From assembly GCA_963693365.1 (NCBI GenBank), contig CAVNZM010000012.1, forward strand, positions 5,778,889 to 5,842,888: 64,000 nt of DNA, given 5' to 3'. Position numbers and translations under genes: made by a program. A model generated the notes under the pieces. It had not been told where the DNA came from. It ran no database searches and worked only from the letters and a program-made list of their open reading frames with translations. Positions 1 through 16,970 of the stretch are shown one piece after another. The DNA is from Amoebidium appalachense. Its lineage: Eukaryota; Protista; Ichthyosporea. Positions within the stretch are counted from its first letter, which is position 1; each line of letters begins with the position of its first letter.

Positions 1-46
1 CCTGTCACGTGACCACTCTAGCAGCATCTGATTGGCTGTGCTGCAG

Positions 47-349
47 GCGACACGCTGGTGCAGAGTCTAGTGCGGGTGGTCAGCCCCGAGGCCACCCTCG
101 TGCTTGACATGTTGGCCCTGCGTCCAGACAAGGAGGTATGTGGCCCCCTGCCTGGCTGGGTGGGGCCCTAGGGGGTGCTGACAGGGCCTGCAGGCTGCCA
201 AGTTTGTGGAGCGCAGGGGCCGCCAGCCAGTTGCAGCCGACGACAGCAGCCCAAGGGCAAGAACCAAGCCCCCAGCCAGTAGTGTGGCTGCCAGCCAGCG
301 GCGGCCCAGCGATGCGCTGCGGCGCACAGGAACCAGCGACAGAAGATGA
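47..349 (+). CDS. Last two exons of an unidentified gene entering from the left edge
   Basis: ctgcag| exon 47-135 (DTLVQSLVRVVSPEATLVLDMLALRPDKE) |gtatgt..gctgac..ctgcag| exon ~194-349 (AAKFVERRGRQ...TGTSDRR, TGA 347-349). Splice phases are consistent; no family recognised. Confidence 0.5.
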
Positions 350-354
350 TTGAT

Positions 355-2874
<2,520 letters not shown>

Positions 2875-3356
2875 AGCAAACAGTGGTTCCTCCCCGAGGG
2901 TATGCACTGGGACTGTGGCCGGCTCTGGGAGGGTGACCTCGCAAGGTGGTGTTGGGTGTGGTGGCTCTAGCTAGTGCTGTGGGGTGGTTGACCCCAGCCA
3001 CGGGTGCATGCTAGTTACCGGACTATTTCACTGTGCACTGGACTGGGCTATTTTTGCCACAACTATGCAAAGTACCCCTTTGCCCAGTGAAAGACTTTTT
3101 GGGGACCTCTGTGACGGTTACGTTAGGTGAACTGAACAGGAGAAGCTTCACAAATTTTTTTCCTACATGGTGCAACTTTGGTAAATCGCTCGATTACGTA
3201 ACAGGGATCCGGATGCAGATTCAGCAAACGGACTCACGACTGATGACGAAAGTTCGAACTTCCTGCAAAACTCTAAGCAGACGCGCGCAGGCCTACACAC
3301 AGCAGCATCTTGCACACAGGCTTTCTTTTATTGTGTTATATTACCCATAAACAACA

Positions 3357-4284
3357 TTAAAGGATGGCCGCGGGCTGCAGCTTGCGGCCTCCAAGGCCCA
3401 GCAGCCAGCGGACGGTTGCAGGGAACCAGGCCTGGAAGAAGAAGGCCTGCTGCAGCATCAGCGGATATACAGTCAGCTCCCCGCCCTGTCCGTATGGCCC
3501 GTAGAACAACAGCCGCCGCTCCGTCCGGGCTCAGTGTTGGGCGCACTATGCGGGCCAGGTACGGGGCTCTGTCCCAGGTGGCCGGGTTGTTAGTGAAGTA
3601 GTTGCTCTCGATCTTGCCCAGCACCACGTCCAGCACACGCACACGGGTGTCCTGCAGGTCGGCCCGCAGTGCCTCGCTCAGGCCCCGCAGCGCCCAGCGC
3701 GCACAGGCATAGGCCGTGCTGCTGGGCCAGGGCTGGTAGCCGGCCGGGGAGTTGACGCTGGCGATAGTGCCGCTGTTGCGTGCCACCATAGCGGGCAGGA
3801 AGGCCCGGGTGACGGCCGTGGCGGCAAACAGCGGGGCGTCCAGGCACTGCCGCAGCTCTGCTGGCGTCATCTCGTGCAGGAACTGCCAGTTGCCCAGCCC
3901 GGCACAGTGCACAACCACGTCGGGGCAGCCGTGTGTGGCCAGTATGTCCTTTGCCACGGCGTCCACACGCTCAAAGTCCGCACAGTCACACACATACACG
4001 TGCACGTGCCCCTGCAGGCCCTGTGCCTCTCTCTGCACGTCCTCCAGCGCCTGCTTGCCGCGGGCCAGTGCCACCACCGTGGCGCCCTCAGCTGCCGCCT
4101 GTATTACCACACGTGCGCCCAGGCCCTGGCTCGCGCCTGTAACCAGCACCAGTTTGCCCCGCACGCCCCGGCCAGGCAGCAGGCCAAGCAGCAGGTCACG
4201 GGCCAAGCCCAGCACGTGGTAGCCCACCACACACAGCGCCGCACCAGCAACGACACGGCGCCGAATAACAAGGTCACCCTCCAT
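3357..4284 (-). CDS. Short-chain dehydrogenase/reductase (SDR), intronless, with apparent 1-nt frameshift near 3480
   Basis: ORF 3328..4341 has an N-terminal hydrophobic segment, TGASQGLG Rossmann motif, HCAG, NSPAG and YACAR (YxxxK position). Removing one G from the GGGG at 3479-3482 gives a more SDR-like tail ELTVYPLMLQQAFFFQAWFPATVRWLLGLGGRKLQPAAIL* ending at 3357. Confidence 0.88.
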
Positions 4285-5296
4285 GGTTGATGGGTGGCCT
4301 GGACTGTGGCAGAGTTTATGTATGGAAGCAAGAAACCTCACACTGAAAGGGCAGGGGAGGCAGCTCTGTGTGCCGCTCTATCTCAGTAAGGTCTTACGGA
4401 AGCTTGAACTAGCCACCTTTTACGATAGCTCTTATTTTTCAAAAAAGTGTAAATTCTGGCACTGCAGCGGCCACGCAGGATACGGCAAACGTTCAACGGT
4501 TGTGACGGTCCTGCTTGAAACAGAAAAAACTTTGAAGGCCTGTCAAGAGTAGGGGGCCAATTTTGGCAGCAAAGAGTCAATCTGCTGAAGGCAAATCAGA
4601 CGAGTTAGAGTATTGCTTAATTTGGCAACTTTCGGAAACGCCCTATTGGTTGACGCTCTGCATTGGATTTGTCAGACAGTCCGACCTCATGCATAAAGTT
4701 TGCATCCCAATGAAAATGCTTGCTTCGGTCACCGGGACTCACATACATAAACCCCGGTATTGCCATTATTGTAACGTTTTTCCATATTTTTTTTTGAGTA
4801 ATAATGCATCACATCTTTCCAGGTATCACAACCGTGCCGGGATTATGATTGACATGTGCCACCATGGCCATGGCCATCCGATGTGACTTGGACATTTTGG
4901 GGCCATGACTCATGCCGAATGATTATGCAACGCATGCTGCGTTCAGTGTGAGTGGCATTTACCCCAAAAGAACCTCCTCCAGGCATCTGCATTCATCAGT
5001 GTCACTGTGTCGCTATCATTGGGGTTTTACATGCTAGTACATATGTATGTGGGAGACCATTGACTGACAGACCGTCAGACCGTCTGAAAGGTTAGTAAAT
5101 TATGATTAGTATTTACGTCTTACTCACCGGTCTATCTCAATGAGGCCTCGCTATACTTGAAGAGGGAGAGGGAGATCCTAGGGAAACGGTTTGAGACCTG
5201 AGAGACAGTAATACCTAATGGAATTTGGAGTGGAGGGGAGGTGGGTTCAGGCAACTTCATCATGGGGGAGCCTGAGGGCTGGCCGCGGCGGGGAGG

Positions 5297-5342
<46 letters not shown>

Positions 5343-6534
5343 GGGGGGCCGGGGGGGGGACTGGCCTCAGGCTACGAAAGTTTCAAAATCAAAATTCGTG
5401 TATGCCTGGCAGGCAAAACAGGAGCTACTGTACACGGAACAGATTTGAGTGACCACCAACACCGTGCCTTTTTGTGTTTGAGCCACTATTTTCAAGGGGG
5501 CTTTTTGCAGTTTCAAGCGGCTTGGCTATAAAATATCCCCCAACCGGCAATGCATGAATGCGCATCCGAGCCCCAGCAGTGATTGATCAATGCCATAAAC
5601 ATGCCATTAGGGTTAAAGATCACCCACCCATGGGGCATGCATATGATCTCAAAAAACCCTGACTTGGCCCGGACGGCATCTGCCGCACAGTGTACATGTG
5701 TCATGAACTTGCACTGCCACCGTCGGGACTCTAGTATAGTTTAGCGACCGTCGGGTTTACTTTGTGATACATTCCCAAAACATTATGATTGAAGTAGGAA
5801 TCCTTGATCACCTGAAACTCAGGCTACGCCTAGCATGGTGGCACTACGCCCCCCCCCCCCCCCCCGCCCCCCCCTCCCCCCCCCTCTCCCCCCCCCCCCC
5901 CCCCCCCCCCCCCCGCCCCACAAGGTCTCCAGGATGGGCCCCGTATCCTGTCTCCCCATAGCACTGGCAGCGTGCACACACGCACGTGACTTTCGCATAT
6001 TGATATGATATCCAACACCGACACATACTACGCACTGAGTCACCCAAGCACAATGTCATGTACGAGGTGCACTGAATGGTGTGCCGCCCCCGGCACACGG
6101 TGCTGCACTACACTAGTACTCACATGATGCATCTGTTTAATGCCTTTGTAGGAACTTCGAACAAGAACGGCGTATGTATACCACAGTACTAGTGTGTCGG
6201 GGCGTCCAAAATCCTTACGTTTAATTTGGGGACTCACAAATTCAGGCGTTATAAAGACCGGCACTCGCGTACACACACACACAGATCTAGGCATCCACGG
6301 ACGCTGCTCGCGCGCACATGCTGTGGTGTACACCGGATGGCGCCCACACACACACGCAACTTGTCAGGCAAAGACGCGCACACTCAGGCTGCCATGACAT
6401 ACTATGTTGGCTGCGCTCACTGTCATGAGTACATAGGCTCAAGGCGCACACGCATGTGAACAAACATGCACATACATACAGTGTCACAGCTCATCCCGAA
6501 GTCTCCTTAGTTTTCTTCTGTCTCGCTCAGTCCT

Positions 6535-6590
<56 letters not shown>

Positions 6591-7638
6591 CCGCCGGGGC
6601 CCGGCCGAGTCACTCTCTCTCTCTCCCCGTCCCCCGGCCACCCCTCCCTTTCACTAGCCCACTCACGCGAATGCACGCAGCGCGAACAACACGTGCACCT
6701 ACACCAGCAGGCTCACACTGTGGCCCACACAACATGCCACAGAAAGTGCACACGTGTCACTATGGGGACCCGGTGGTCAGAGCAAGAATCGTGTTTCAAA
6801 GTTGCCGCGCCATGCGGATGTGAGCCGTATGCCCAAAATTTGCCTCGATTTCATTGGTAGGGTTCAATGGCTGACACAGTAATTAGACACACTCACGGAA
6901 CCATAACCACACACATCAACACCGTGTAGCACCGTGACACTGTTACACATACGCGCGCGTAAACCCACACAAGCACCCACACATAGTATGATATTACATG
7001 AGTCATCATGTGTTGTGGACTCGAATCGGGCGCATTGCCACATTCGTCAACAACGTTTGGATCGCACACACGCATGGTTGCACGGGTGGGTGAGGTAGGT
7101 TAAGGGGGGGGGGGGGGGGGGGGGGGGGGTGGCACCCACCCAGCTGCAGAGGGCAGGGGGGAATAATCATGCGGGCTTTGTTATTTGCTACTCCATCCCC
7201 CCCCCCCCCCCCCCCCTTCCCCCCTCCACCTCCCCCTCCCCCAACTTCCAGTTCAAGTGGAGCTACAATTATACACCGAGGCTCGGGGCCAGCTTGACAC
7301 AGCTGCGCCAATGGTTGCAATCAGCGGCCTTATATGAGGCTATGTTAGTCTTTGGAATCCGAGCTTCGTAAATAATAACCATGACTTGCTTGAAGTTACA
7401 TTCTTTTAATAAGCTAACTTTCTAAGCGATGCCCTAGCTTAGCATAACTTAGGGTGTAGTGCAGAATGTGTGTAGTGGTCACGGTGGAGGGGGGGGGGGG
7501 GGGGGGGAGGGGGAGGGGTTGCGCCTTTCTTTTTTTTGGGCCGGGATGGGTGCCAAAGTTTGTGGGACCGCAAGGGGGGGTGGGGGGGGATCCTTGTACA
7601 TGTCCATTTTTTAGTCCAAGGCCGCGTTGTGTAGCCAG

Positions 7639-7676
<38 letters not shown>

Positions 7677-7811
7677 ACTGGGTGCACGCGGCCGGCCCCC
7701 CCGGTGCCCCCCCCCCCCCCCCCCCTCCCCCCCCACCCATATACCACCACCAGTGTAGGGTATTAGAAAAAAAAATTATTCTATTTTTTTTTTTTTTTTT
7801 TTTTTTTTTGG

Positions 7812-7866
<55 letters not shown>

Positions 7867-8118
7867 GGGAGGGGTTGGATTTGCGGCAATTGTGAAAACA
7901 CGCAGATGGCATCCAAATTCACTCCGAGGGCACCCAGAGGACTACTGCGTTCAGTCTGAATCCACCATGGCATGCGGTGTGTTTGGTAGTTATCGTACTG
8001 GTGACTGATGTTCGTCAGGTGTGGCAACGGTGCAGGTGTCACCCTGAGGCCCATGATGCCGCATGACTATGATTCACGGTGGGCACGTGCATGTGCCTTT
8101 GGATCTTGTGGGTGTGTT

Positions 8119-8247
8119 TGGGTCATGAATTATTTTTTTTTGGCTCATGAATGATTTTAATTTGGGTCATGAATAATTTAATTTGCGTAATGAATTATTT
8201 TAATTTGGGTCATGAATTATTTTAATTTGGGTCATGAATTATTTTAA
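8119..8247. repeat. AT-rich tandem repeat, ~22-bp unit, 5-6 copies
   Basis: Repeated (t)gggtcatgaattattttaatt with minor variants. Confidence 0.8.
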
Positions 8248-8488
8248 CACTTAATAAATCCGCATTGGCTCGGGTAGTCACCGTGGTGGTGGTGTGTGTG
8301 TGTGCACGTACACAGTCTGGCATGGTGTGACATGTGCGTATGTGTGTGCCCACGTGGCCCAGTAGTGGTGGCGGTGAAGCCTTATGGGTGACACATTGCA
8401 GTCGGGAGTGCTGCAGGGCTCATCATATTATTGTTAAAGTTCGAATCTGGCCAAAGGTGAAAGCCGGTCTGCATTTGACACACATGTA

Positions 8489-8519
<31 letters not shown>

Positions 8520-8903
8520 CACCCCACGTTTTTTCTGCTAAACCGGGTCAGAACAAATGGCCCGGGCCCATTTGACGATTAGCAGCGAATTATGATCTTG
8601 GTACCACATAACTTAATTCAACATGTACAAACAGTCTACTTCCCCCCCACCCCCCTCCCCCTGTTTGGCTGCAACCGTTTACTTAGTCTCCTGATCTCTG
8701 GATCTTCATTCCCGGTCCGGAACTTGATCCAGAGGCAACAGATTGTAGTATGTGGGGAGGCGGCTCTATAGATTGCCCCTTTTGCTAGGGATTGGTTTGA
8801 GTGGCCATGGCAATACATGATGAGTCATAAGGAAAACGGTTACTGCACAAATATACTATCTGGCAGTTTGTGTCTGTGTGTGTGTGTGTGCGTGTGTATA
8901 CAC

Positions 8904-8934
<31 letters not shown>

Positions 8935-8984
8935 GTCCAGGGGGGGGGGGGGAAAGGTGGGGAGTCCATCATTCTATCCCCCCC

Positions 8985-9015
<31 letters not shown>

Positions 9016-9152
9016 AAATAAAATAAAATAAAATAAACACCACCATCACCTCCCAACACAACCCTCCCTGATCAATCCCCAACACGGGAAAAAATGGGCA
9101 AGTGTTCAACAGCCCCCCCCCCCCCCCCCCCCCCCTCCCCCGCTGCCCTATC

Positions 9153-9186
<34 letters not shown>

Positions 9187-9433
9187 AAAAAGCCAATCAT
9201 TTCCCACCACCCCACCCTGCAACCCCCCCCAAAAGGTCCCATGCACACGATTTCCTAAGCATGGATCAAAGTATGGATGGTTAGACCAGTAGCAGGCCAG
9301 CCAAGCATCCTTCGTGTTTTCTCTTTGGCTACAACATGAACCATAGGGCCACACATGCACAGGTAGGGGGTATGGGGGGCACCAGGCCCCCCTGTTCATT
9401 CGTGCCAACACATGTGATGGTCTGCCGTGTCTG

Positions 9434-12152
9434 TCATTGGTCGAGCTGCCTCACGCACAACGCTGCACTCTCGGACCCGCAGAGCTGCACGGGTGTGTGT
9501 GTGGGGGGGGGGGGTGGGGGGAGGGTAAGCACACGTGCAGGCATCTGGGTGAGCACGTGCAAGTGTGTGTCACCAAGCCAAAGCCGTCTCCATATCCCAA
9601 ACCACCAATCACATGCCGTCACGTGGCAAAATAGTTCGATTGCTTGTTAGCCAGGTTGTATTCCGTCTCCTACAGACACCAGCACACACACACACCAGCA
9701 CACACACACACCAGCACAAACACACACAAACACACACACACACACCAGCACACCCAGACACCCCACGCACCAGCACTCTGCCGTCGCTGTCCAGACTGTT
9801 GACCTGCAGTCCGTCTCTGACCAATACCCTCCTGTCCAGCTGCTCCCCCAGCCCCTGCAAACCCAAACTTGAGTCTCCTGCCCCCCTCCCCCCCCCCACC
9901 CCACTCCACCCTCTCCTTGGTGCCAAGTCCCCCCCCCCCCCCCCCCCCCCCGCCATGTGCACGTGCCCCCTATGTGCATGGCAGCATGCATGCCCGTGTG
10001 CCCACCTGGGCTGTGCGGCGGTAGACCGGGGACAGGTCCAGCCTGCTGACGGTGCACCCCACGGCCGCATAGGCCACATACTGCCGGTTGCGCCCAAAGT
10101 GCACCGGCAGGTGCAGGCCCCACACTGCAACCATGGTCAGCACGTGCTCACACACGTGCCAGGGTGGTCCCGGCAGACACGGGGCAGGGCAAGCAGGCCC
10201 ACACGTGCACACTCACCGGGGGCATCCAAGTCGTAGGGCCCGGCCACACTGTGCACGTGCAATGGGCCCTGGGTGTGGCGCAGGTCCCACAGGCGCAGCA
10301 GGCCACTGCTGCCTGCCGTGGCCACGTACGTGCTGCCCTCTAGTGCACGCAGTGCTAGCCGCCCGGACACCTCCCAGCCATCCCCAGCACTGGCCACCCG
10401 TCAGCACCCACACACGTGCATCCCACCCACACACACCTGCCACACACCCCAGCCACGCGCACCCTGCCACCCCCCCCCCCCCCCCCCACGTGCATCCTGC
10501 CCCCCCCCCTCCCACCAGCCCACCCACGTGCACCCTGCCCCCCCCCCCCCCCCCCCCCCCGTGCACCCTGCCTTCCCCAGCCGCCCCCCCTCCCCCTGCA
10601 CCACGCACCTGCCCAGTGCCTGTGCGTGGTCCCTTGGCCTGCGCATGTCCCACACCCGCAGTGGTGCGGTGCTGCCCGCCAGCAGCACGGTGTGTGCATC
10701 GGCAAAGGCTGCAGCCCCAATGCTGGTCCCCTCAATCTGCCCCACCGTGCCCGCTGGTGGCCCTGCATCCCCACCACTTTAACATCCCCCCCCCCCCCCC
10801 CCCCCCCCACACACACACACCCTTAACGTACCCTGTGGCGAGTCCAAGTCCCGTGTTGCCGTGACCCTCACACAGCCATCCTCCCCCCCCGACAGCACAT
10901 GGCTGCCCCCCGGTGATACGGCAAGCACGGTGACTGCCGAGGGCCGGCCCAGGGGGTGTGTGTGTAGCTGCAGGGCATGGACTGCGTGCAGGCACTCATC
11001 CTGATATCAGGTCTAGTCAGCCAGCCATGCACACCACAAAGGATGCACACTGTACACCTCCACATCTTGACATGCTATAGAGAGTCACCCCCATAAGTGG
11101 CAAATTCCAAAAATCCCCCCCCCCCCCCCCAAAAAAAAAAAGGGAAAAGGGAAAAAATTCTATACCTATTCACACCGACTTATCAATACATATCCCTGTG
11201 TACAACACAACCTAGCCGTCACTCCTCTATGCAGCCACCCCCACCCCAGCCAGACCCACCCCAGTGCCCAGGCCTGTCACGGTGTGCACGAGCACTCTGC
11301 CGTCGCTGGTGCCTGCATACACCACTGCCCTTCCACCCTCAGCTGCCTGCCCCAGGGGGTGAGCACACAGCACGTGCAAAGAGAGAGAGGGAGAGAGGGA
11401 GAGAGCGAGAGAGTGTGTGTGTCTCTCTCTCTGTGTGTGCAAATGCTTGCCTGTGTGTCTCTTCACAACATATGGTAGCGACAGGGTGGCAGGTGGCAAA
11501 GGAAAGACACCGAGGGAGGAAGTAGGAGGACAGAAGGGTGGCAGAGTAGGGGTGAGCCCTTGGAGAGGCTGGATAGGTTTAGGCCAAGTGGCGAGAGAGG
11601 GGCAGGGAGGGGGTGGAGTGTGCTGTGTGGTGCAGACACACTGCAACACATCACACAGACAAATGGACACACACAGGCTTCAAACGAACCGATTCGGGGA
11701 AAAAGGGGAAGAATGGGGAGGAGGTGGGGAGGGGGGGGGGGGGGGGGGAGGGAGGGGGAATGGGCATGTGGGAAGGAAATGTGCGCTCCAAGGCATTTAT
11801 AGGTAGAGGTGGGAAAGCGCGCCCGAGGGCAGTGAGTCCAAGGCCAAAAGGGAGAAGCCCAGGTGGAACAAAATATCTGGAACAAAGCGCCTCCTGTGCT
11901 CTCGAAAAGAAACGGGGGCATGGAGCCGGAGGTAGGGCGGGAAGGAAGGCGGCAAAACGGGATGTTGGTGTGGGTGTGTGTGTGTGTTGTGGGTGTGGGG
12001 GGGGGGCGGCTGGGGGACGGGGGGGAGGGGGGGGGGGGGGAGGGGGAGGTGAGGAGGGGGGGGAGGGGGGGGAGGGATATTCTTTTTGATTATTTAAGGT
12101 GATATTTTTTGTTATATTCGTAAGGTTTATTAGTCGCCTCTTGCATATGAGA

Positions 12153-12196
<44 letters not shown>

Positions 12197-13111
12197 GTGT
12201 GCCTGAGCGTGCACGCAAGTGTTCCATTTTGTATGTGGTTGTGCCCGTTGTGACGCACAGAAACAGCCCATGAGTGGGGTGTGTTCCCAGGGTCCTATGC
12301 ACGTGCATATTCCTATGCACGCTCTCCTAGATTGTTTGGGAGGTCTCTTTGTGTTCGTGCTTTTCGACGTGCATGTGTAACCATGGCCTTGTGCTTGTGA
12401 GCCTACTCTCCATCCTATATGGAATGCACACTAGTAACCTTCCACAGTTCAGCACGCACTCTCCCTTGAATGTGCACTTGCAGTTGTTCACCCGCCTCCC
12501 CCCCCCCCCCCCCCCCCCCCCTTCCCCCCGCCGCTTTGTGCACAGGTGTATGCAGGACACGTGTGGACACCCACCGTTGCAGCCATGGATATGACGTCAC
12601 CCGCACACGTGCCACTGCTGCTGGCCCTCCCCCGTGGCTGCAGGGGCCTCTCCTCGCCTGCCCGACAGCCCCATAGCTCCACCCCACCCTGTGCCCCCGT
12701 CAGCAGAAGAAGGGGAGGAAGCGGGGGAGCCTGTATAGGGGGTATTCAACACGCACCTTCACGTGCGTGTCCCTACCCCGTGTTGCGGCCACAAAGTAGC
12801 GTGCACCGTCTGTGGCCGTGTGTGCTGCCCCCGTGTGGTCGCGCACAAACGCCACACAGCTGACCCGCCCTGCCAGCGGCTCCCTGCAGCCCGCCCCGTT
12901 GTCTGCCGGCCTGGCTGTAGGCTGGCCATGGTCACTGGCCCCCCAGGCCGCCCGTGGGGCCACCAAGGCCATATGGGTGTGTGTCCTTAAAGAGGCACAC
13001 TGCCCCTTGTTGCGGCCGCCGCCTTGCTACTGTGCAGGCCCACTTAGGTGTCTAGTTGCTAACCTGGCAGGAGTTCATGTAGGGCAGGAGACTGTGCGTG
13101 CCGTCGCTCAT
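9434..13111 (-). CDS. NUP43: WD40 beta-propeller protein, most similar in motif layout to nucleoporin Nup43
   Basis: Spliced exons give RVSCVAFVRD...YFVAATRG, GVELWGC...GDVISMAA, VYAGTSDGRVLVH, VLSGGEDGCVRV, GTSIGAAAFADAHTVLLAGSTAPLRVWDMRRP, YVATAGSSGLLRLWDLRH, VWGLHLP and C-terminal LQVNSLDSDGRVL-LCGSESAALCVRQLDQ*. These parallel, in order, Nup43 motifs as recalled (GDVMDL, TVGEDG, LKIWDFR, VATGGQDG..IWDVR, SVNTLD..LVCGTDAEA). WD40 is secure; orthology and the first exon are less so. Confidence 0.65.
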
Positions 13112-13300
13112 TGACAAGAAGCTTGAAGCCCAGAGCAGTTGAAGGTTTCACCTATACATAAAAAACAAAAGGAAGGTGGTCACTGTGACTCATCAAGACT
13201 CGATGCTACCTGATCATGCGCGCCAAAAGTGCAGTGATGCCCAAATAAAGCAAAGGCGCAAAAGTCAGTCCCGGGTCGTGTGACACTCGTGTCCATGCGC

Positions 13301-13495
13301 TTGCGTCACTCTGATTGGTTGTCACACCGATTGTAAGTTTTTTCCACTCCACAGTGATGCCATCTATCACTTTTTTTATCACTACTCAGACAGTTCTCCA
13401 ATATTATAACAGAAAACGGTTTATATACCCAGATGGCCAGATAGCCAGATCAAAAGTTAGTGTGTGCGGTGTGACAACCAATCAGAGTGAAGCAA
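13301..13495. repeat. Inverted repeat with perfect 24-bp arms, each carrying a CCAAT box
   Basis: tcactctgattggttgtcacaccg (13306-13329) is the exact reverse complement of cggtgtgacaaccaatcagagtga (13467-13490); extends to 29 bp with one mismatch. Confidence 0.85.
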
Positions 13496-13508
13496 TATTG
13501 GGAAACTC

Positions 13509-13829
13509 TGTAGGTTGTAACAGTTCAGGGGGACCGGGGACCGGGGACCGCCGGGGGGGCCCCCCGGTCCCCGTTCCCCGGTCCACGGGGCCCGGGCCTG
13601 GCGGCCTCGGGCCGGGCCTGGCGGCCTCGGGCCGGGCCTGGCGGGCCGTTAACTAGATGCTAACCCCCTACCGGGCCAGGCCGGGCCAGGCCGGGCCTGG
13701 GCGCTCGCGGGCCCGGCCGGGCTCGCGTGGGTGGGGGGGCCCCCTGGTCCCCGGTCCCCGGTCCCCGAACCCGGTCCTGGCGGCCTCGAGCCGGACCTGG
13801 CGGCCTGACCTGAACTGTTGCAACTTACA
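13509..13829. mobile_element. GC-rich MITE-like foldback element
   Basis: 21-bp TIRs tgtaggttgtaacagttcagg / cctgaactgttgcaacttaca (2 mismatches); internal ggggacc/ggtcccc and ccgggcctggcggcc repeats in both orientations. No TSD seen. Confidence 0.65.
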
Positions 13830-14222
13830 CGAGCTTTTCAAGCCGGAAGTCCCCTCGCACCTGATTGGACAAAACACGAACCGATGACGTAAATCAGGGG
13901 AGAACGATGCGATCCCCAAGCGACATAAGGTCATAAAGGGGCCGTCAGGCCCCTCTAGCGGGGGGTTGGGGGGGCGGTAGCCCCCCCATTTAGGGCCTAG
14001 ACACACATAGGGTTATGGTTATTGGGTTTATGTTTTTATTTTGGTAATCTATTATCAAATATTGTATTTTTTAGCCGGTTATGGTCCGATCTCCCTATAC
14101 CTAGGGGCTTCCTTCGTATAGGCTTTCTATATCTGCGGGTGATAAGCCTTGGGGTCGTCACGATTCATGATCATAAAGTTGTGTGCAGAGTTGTGTATTG
14201 TACGGCAGCACGGCCCAGTGTG

Positions 14223-14950
<728 letters not shown>

Positions 14951-15340
14951 CGGGTGCGCCTGCGTGCGTAGATTTGTGTTCGTGATCATCGTGGTGTAGT
15001 GATGATGACAGCAGTTCTCTGGAGTGGCGGACATAAATGAAGCACCGTCAAACCTGCAGGAGCTAACAGAGGTTGTGGCTCAGTCTGGCTCAGTCGGGAT
15101 CCAATCAAGGGGAGAAAGGGGTTGAATCCAGATGCCCTTAGCGTCACGGTGCATATGCATGTGCAATGCATCCAGATACACAGTAATATATACTACCAGG
15201 TTTTACTGGATAGCACTAGATAGAAGTACTAGGGCCCGGCTAAGCTTTATTGAATAGAAAGCACTACAACTTTGAAAAGAGCACACGGGTGCCAGCTATT
15301 CTTTTCGACCCAGGCCATGGGGCACCTAAAAACCTTTGGG

Positions 15341-15379
<39 letters not shown>

Positions 15380-16374
15380 ATTTAAAGGTCTCCTTATTGA
15401 TATCTCCCACCCCGGCAGCTAGCTAGCGCTGTCCGTGCACATGGGGGTGATTGATGACCCCTCGGGGCCCCCTCCCCCCTCCCCCCACCCCACCCTCACC
15501 CCCCCACACACACACACTCCCCTAGCTAACCATGCATATGATAATAAAAGCTGTCTCCACAGGCACAAGTGTTCTTTTTCATGATCAGATAAGAATATTG
15601 CAAACCCCCCCCCCCCCCCCCTTTTTATGGGCCCCCCTCCGCCACCTGCCTTTGTCTTGCATTATGCACACACGCAGACACTCACTGACAGACACGCACG
15701 CACACACGCACACACGCACACACACGCACACACCCACACCATGCACACATGCACACATGCACACATGCACACACCCATGCATGCATATGGCCATCATGGC
15801 CAGCACGCATATCGATACACACACACATATTATCTATATATATAATGCGTTGTTTGCCGGACCTCAAATCCGGAATTTGGATCCGGAGGGACCTAAGGCC
15901 ATTTTGTGAGGCATCAAAAACCATCGAAACGTTGCTTAGTTGTTTTTATGACATCAAAATCGCTAAATATTCTTGAGATACTAATGAAAAAGCCTAAAAT
16001 AACTATATATTTGATAATGAGAAAATTGAAATATAGTGCCCTAAAGTTGGGCCTGGGAGGATGTACGTACTCGGGGCTTTGAAATAAAAAGAAAAAAACC
16101 AGCGGTTTCGGAGTCTACTGTGAACACGCTGGGCTGAATGACGGCAGAGATCAGGTGAATCCCGTATCAACCGGTTTTTGTTTCTAACCCAGAATGGAAC
16201 GCACTTTTTTTAGAGAAATTCGGCGACATTTTTTTTTACAAAGTACTATATCATTGGTACAACTACATTTTGAACATTTTAATGTAATAGAACTACAAAT
16301 CCAATCACAAAACCTCAAAGGTCTGCTAACACCGGTTTAAGGGGACACGGGGATGAGGATGGTAAATTCTATAT

Positions 16375-16424
<50 letters not shown>

Positions 16425-16446
16425 CACACACACACACCGGCCTGTG

Positions 16447-16481
<35 letters not shown>

Positions 16482-16933
16482 TGTGCATTTTAATGTTTTA
16501 ATAGCAGACAGTTGTTGAAAAAAAATAGAGTAAAAAACACAACTAAATCAACTCAGTATTGTGAATATGACATTTGGGGCGAGTGTACTAGACACACTAG
16601 GGTTTGTGGCTGATAATGATTATTTTTTTACACTAGAGCTAGGGTGATTCAAGCTGGGCGGTGGTCATTGGTAGTTTTTTTTTATTTTATTTTTTTCCAC
16701 ATGTACACACAAAGTAATAATCGAATAGAATACAAAAACAACTAAGAAGACAAAAACGCATACAACCTTCACTTGGCCCACATACACACATTCACACACA
16801 CACAAACATGCACACACACACACCGTTGAACACAATGAAAGGAAATATATCTAGAAAACACGGGTGCCATGATTTTAGTCACTGAGTATGAAAAACATAA
16901 AATAAAAAATTTTGGGGGGGCAGGGAATAGGAA

Positions 16934-16970
<37 letters not shown>

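Noticed and set aside
3328-3480. Programmed frameshift in the SDR tail
   Set aside because: No slippery heptamer or stimulatory structure is evident; a homopolymer sequencing error is simpler.
7077-9224. Weak inverted match (ggttgcacgggtggg / cccaccctgcaacc) bracketing 2.1 kb
   Set aside because: Short, contains an indel, lies in G/C low-complexity context, with no TSD or transposase.
16060-16330. Possible snRNA/ncRNA (complex sequence ending in T runs)
   Set aside because: No recognisable U snRNA, tRNA or rRNA motifs by eye; an Rfam search would be needed.
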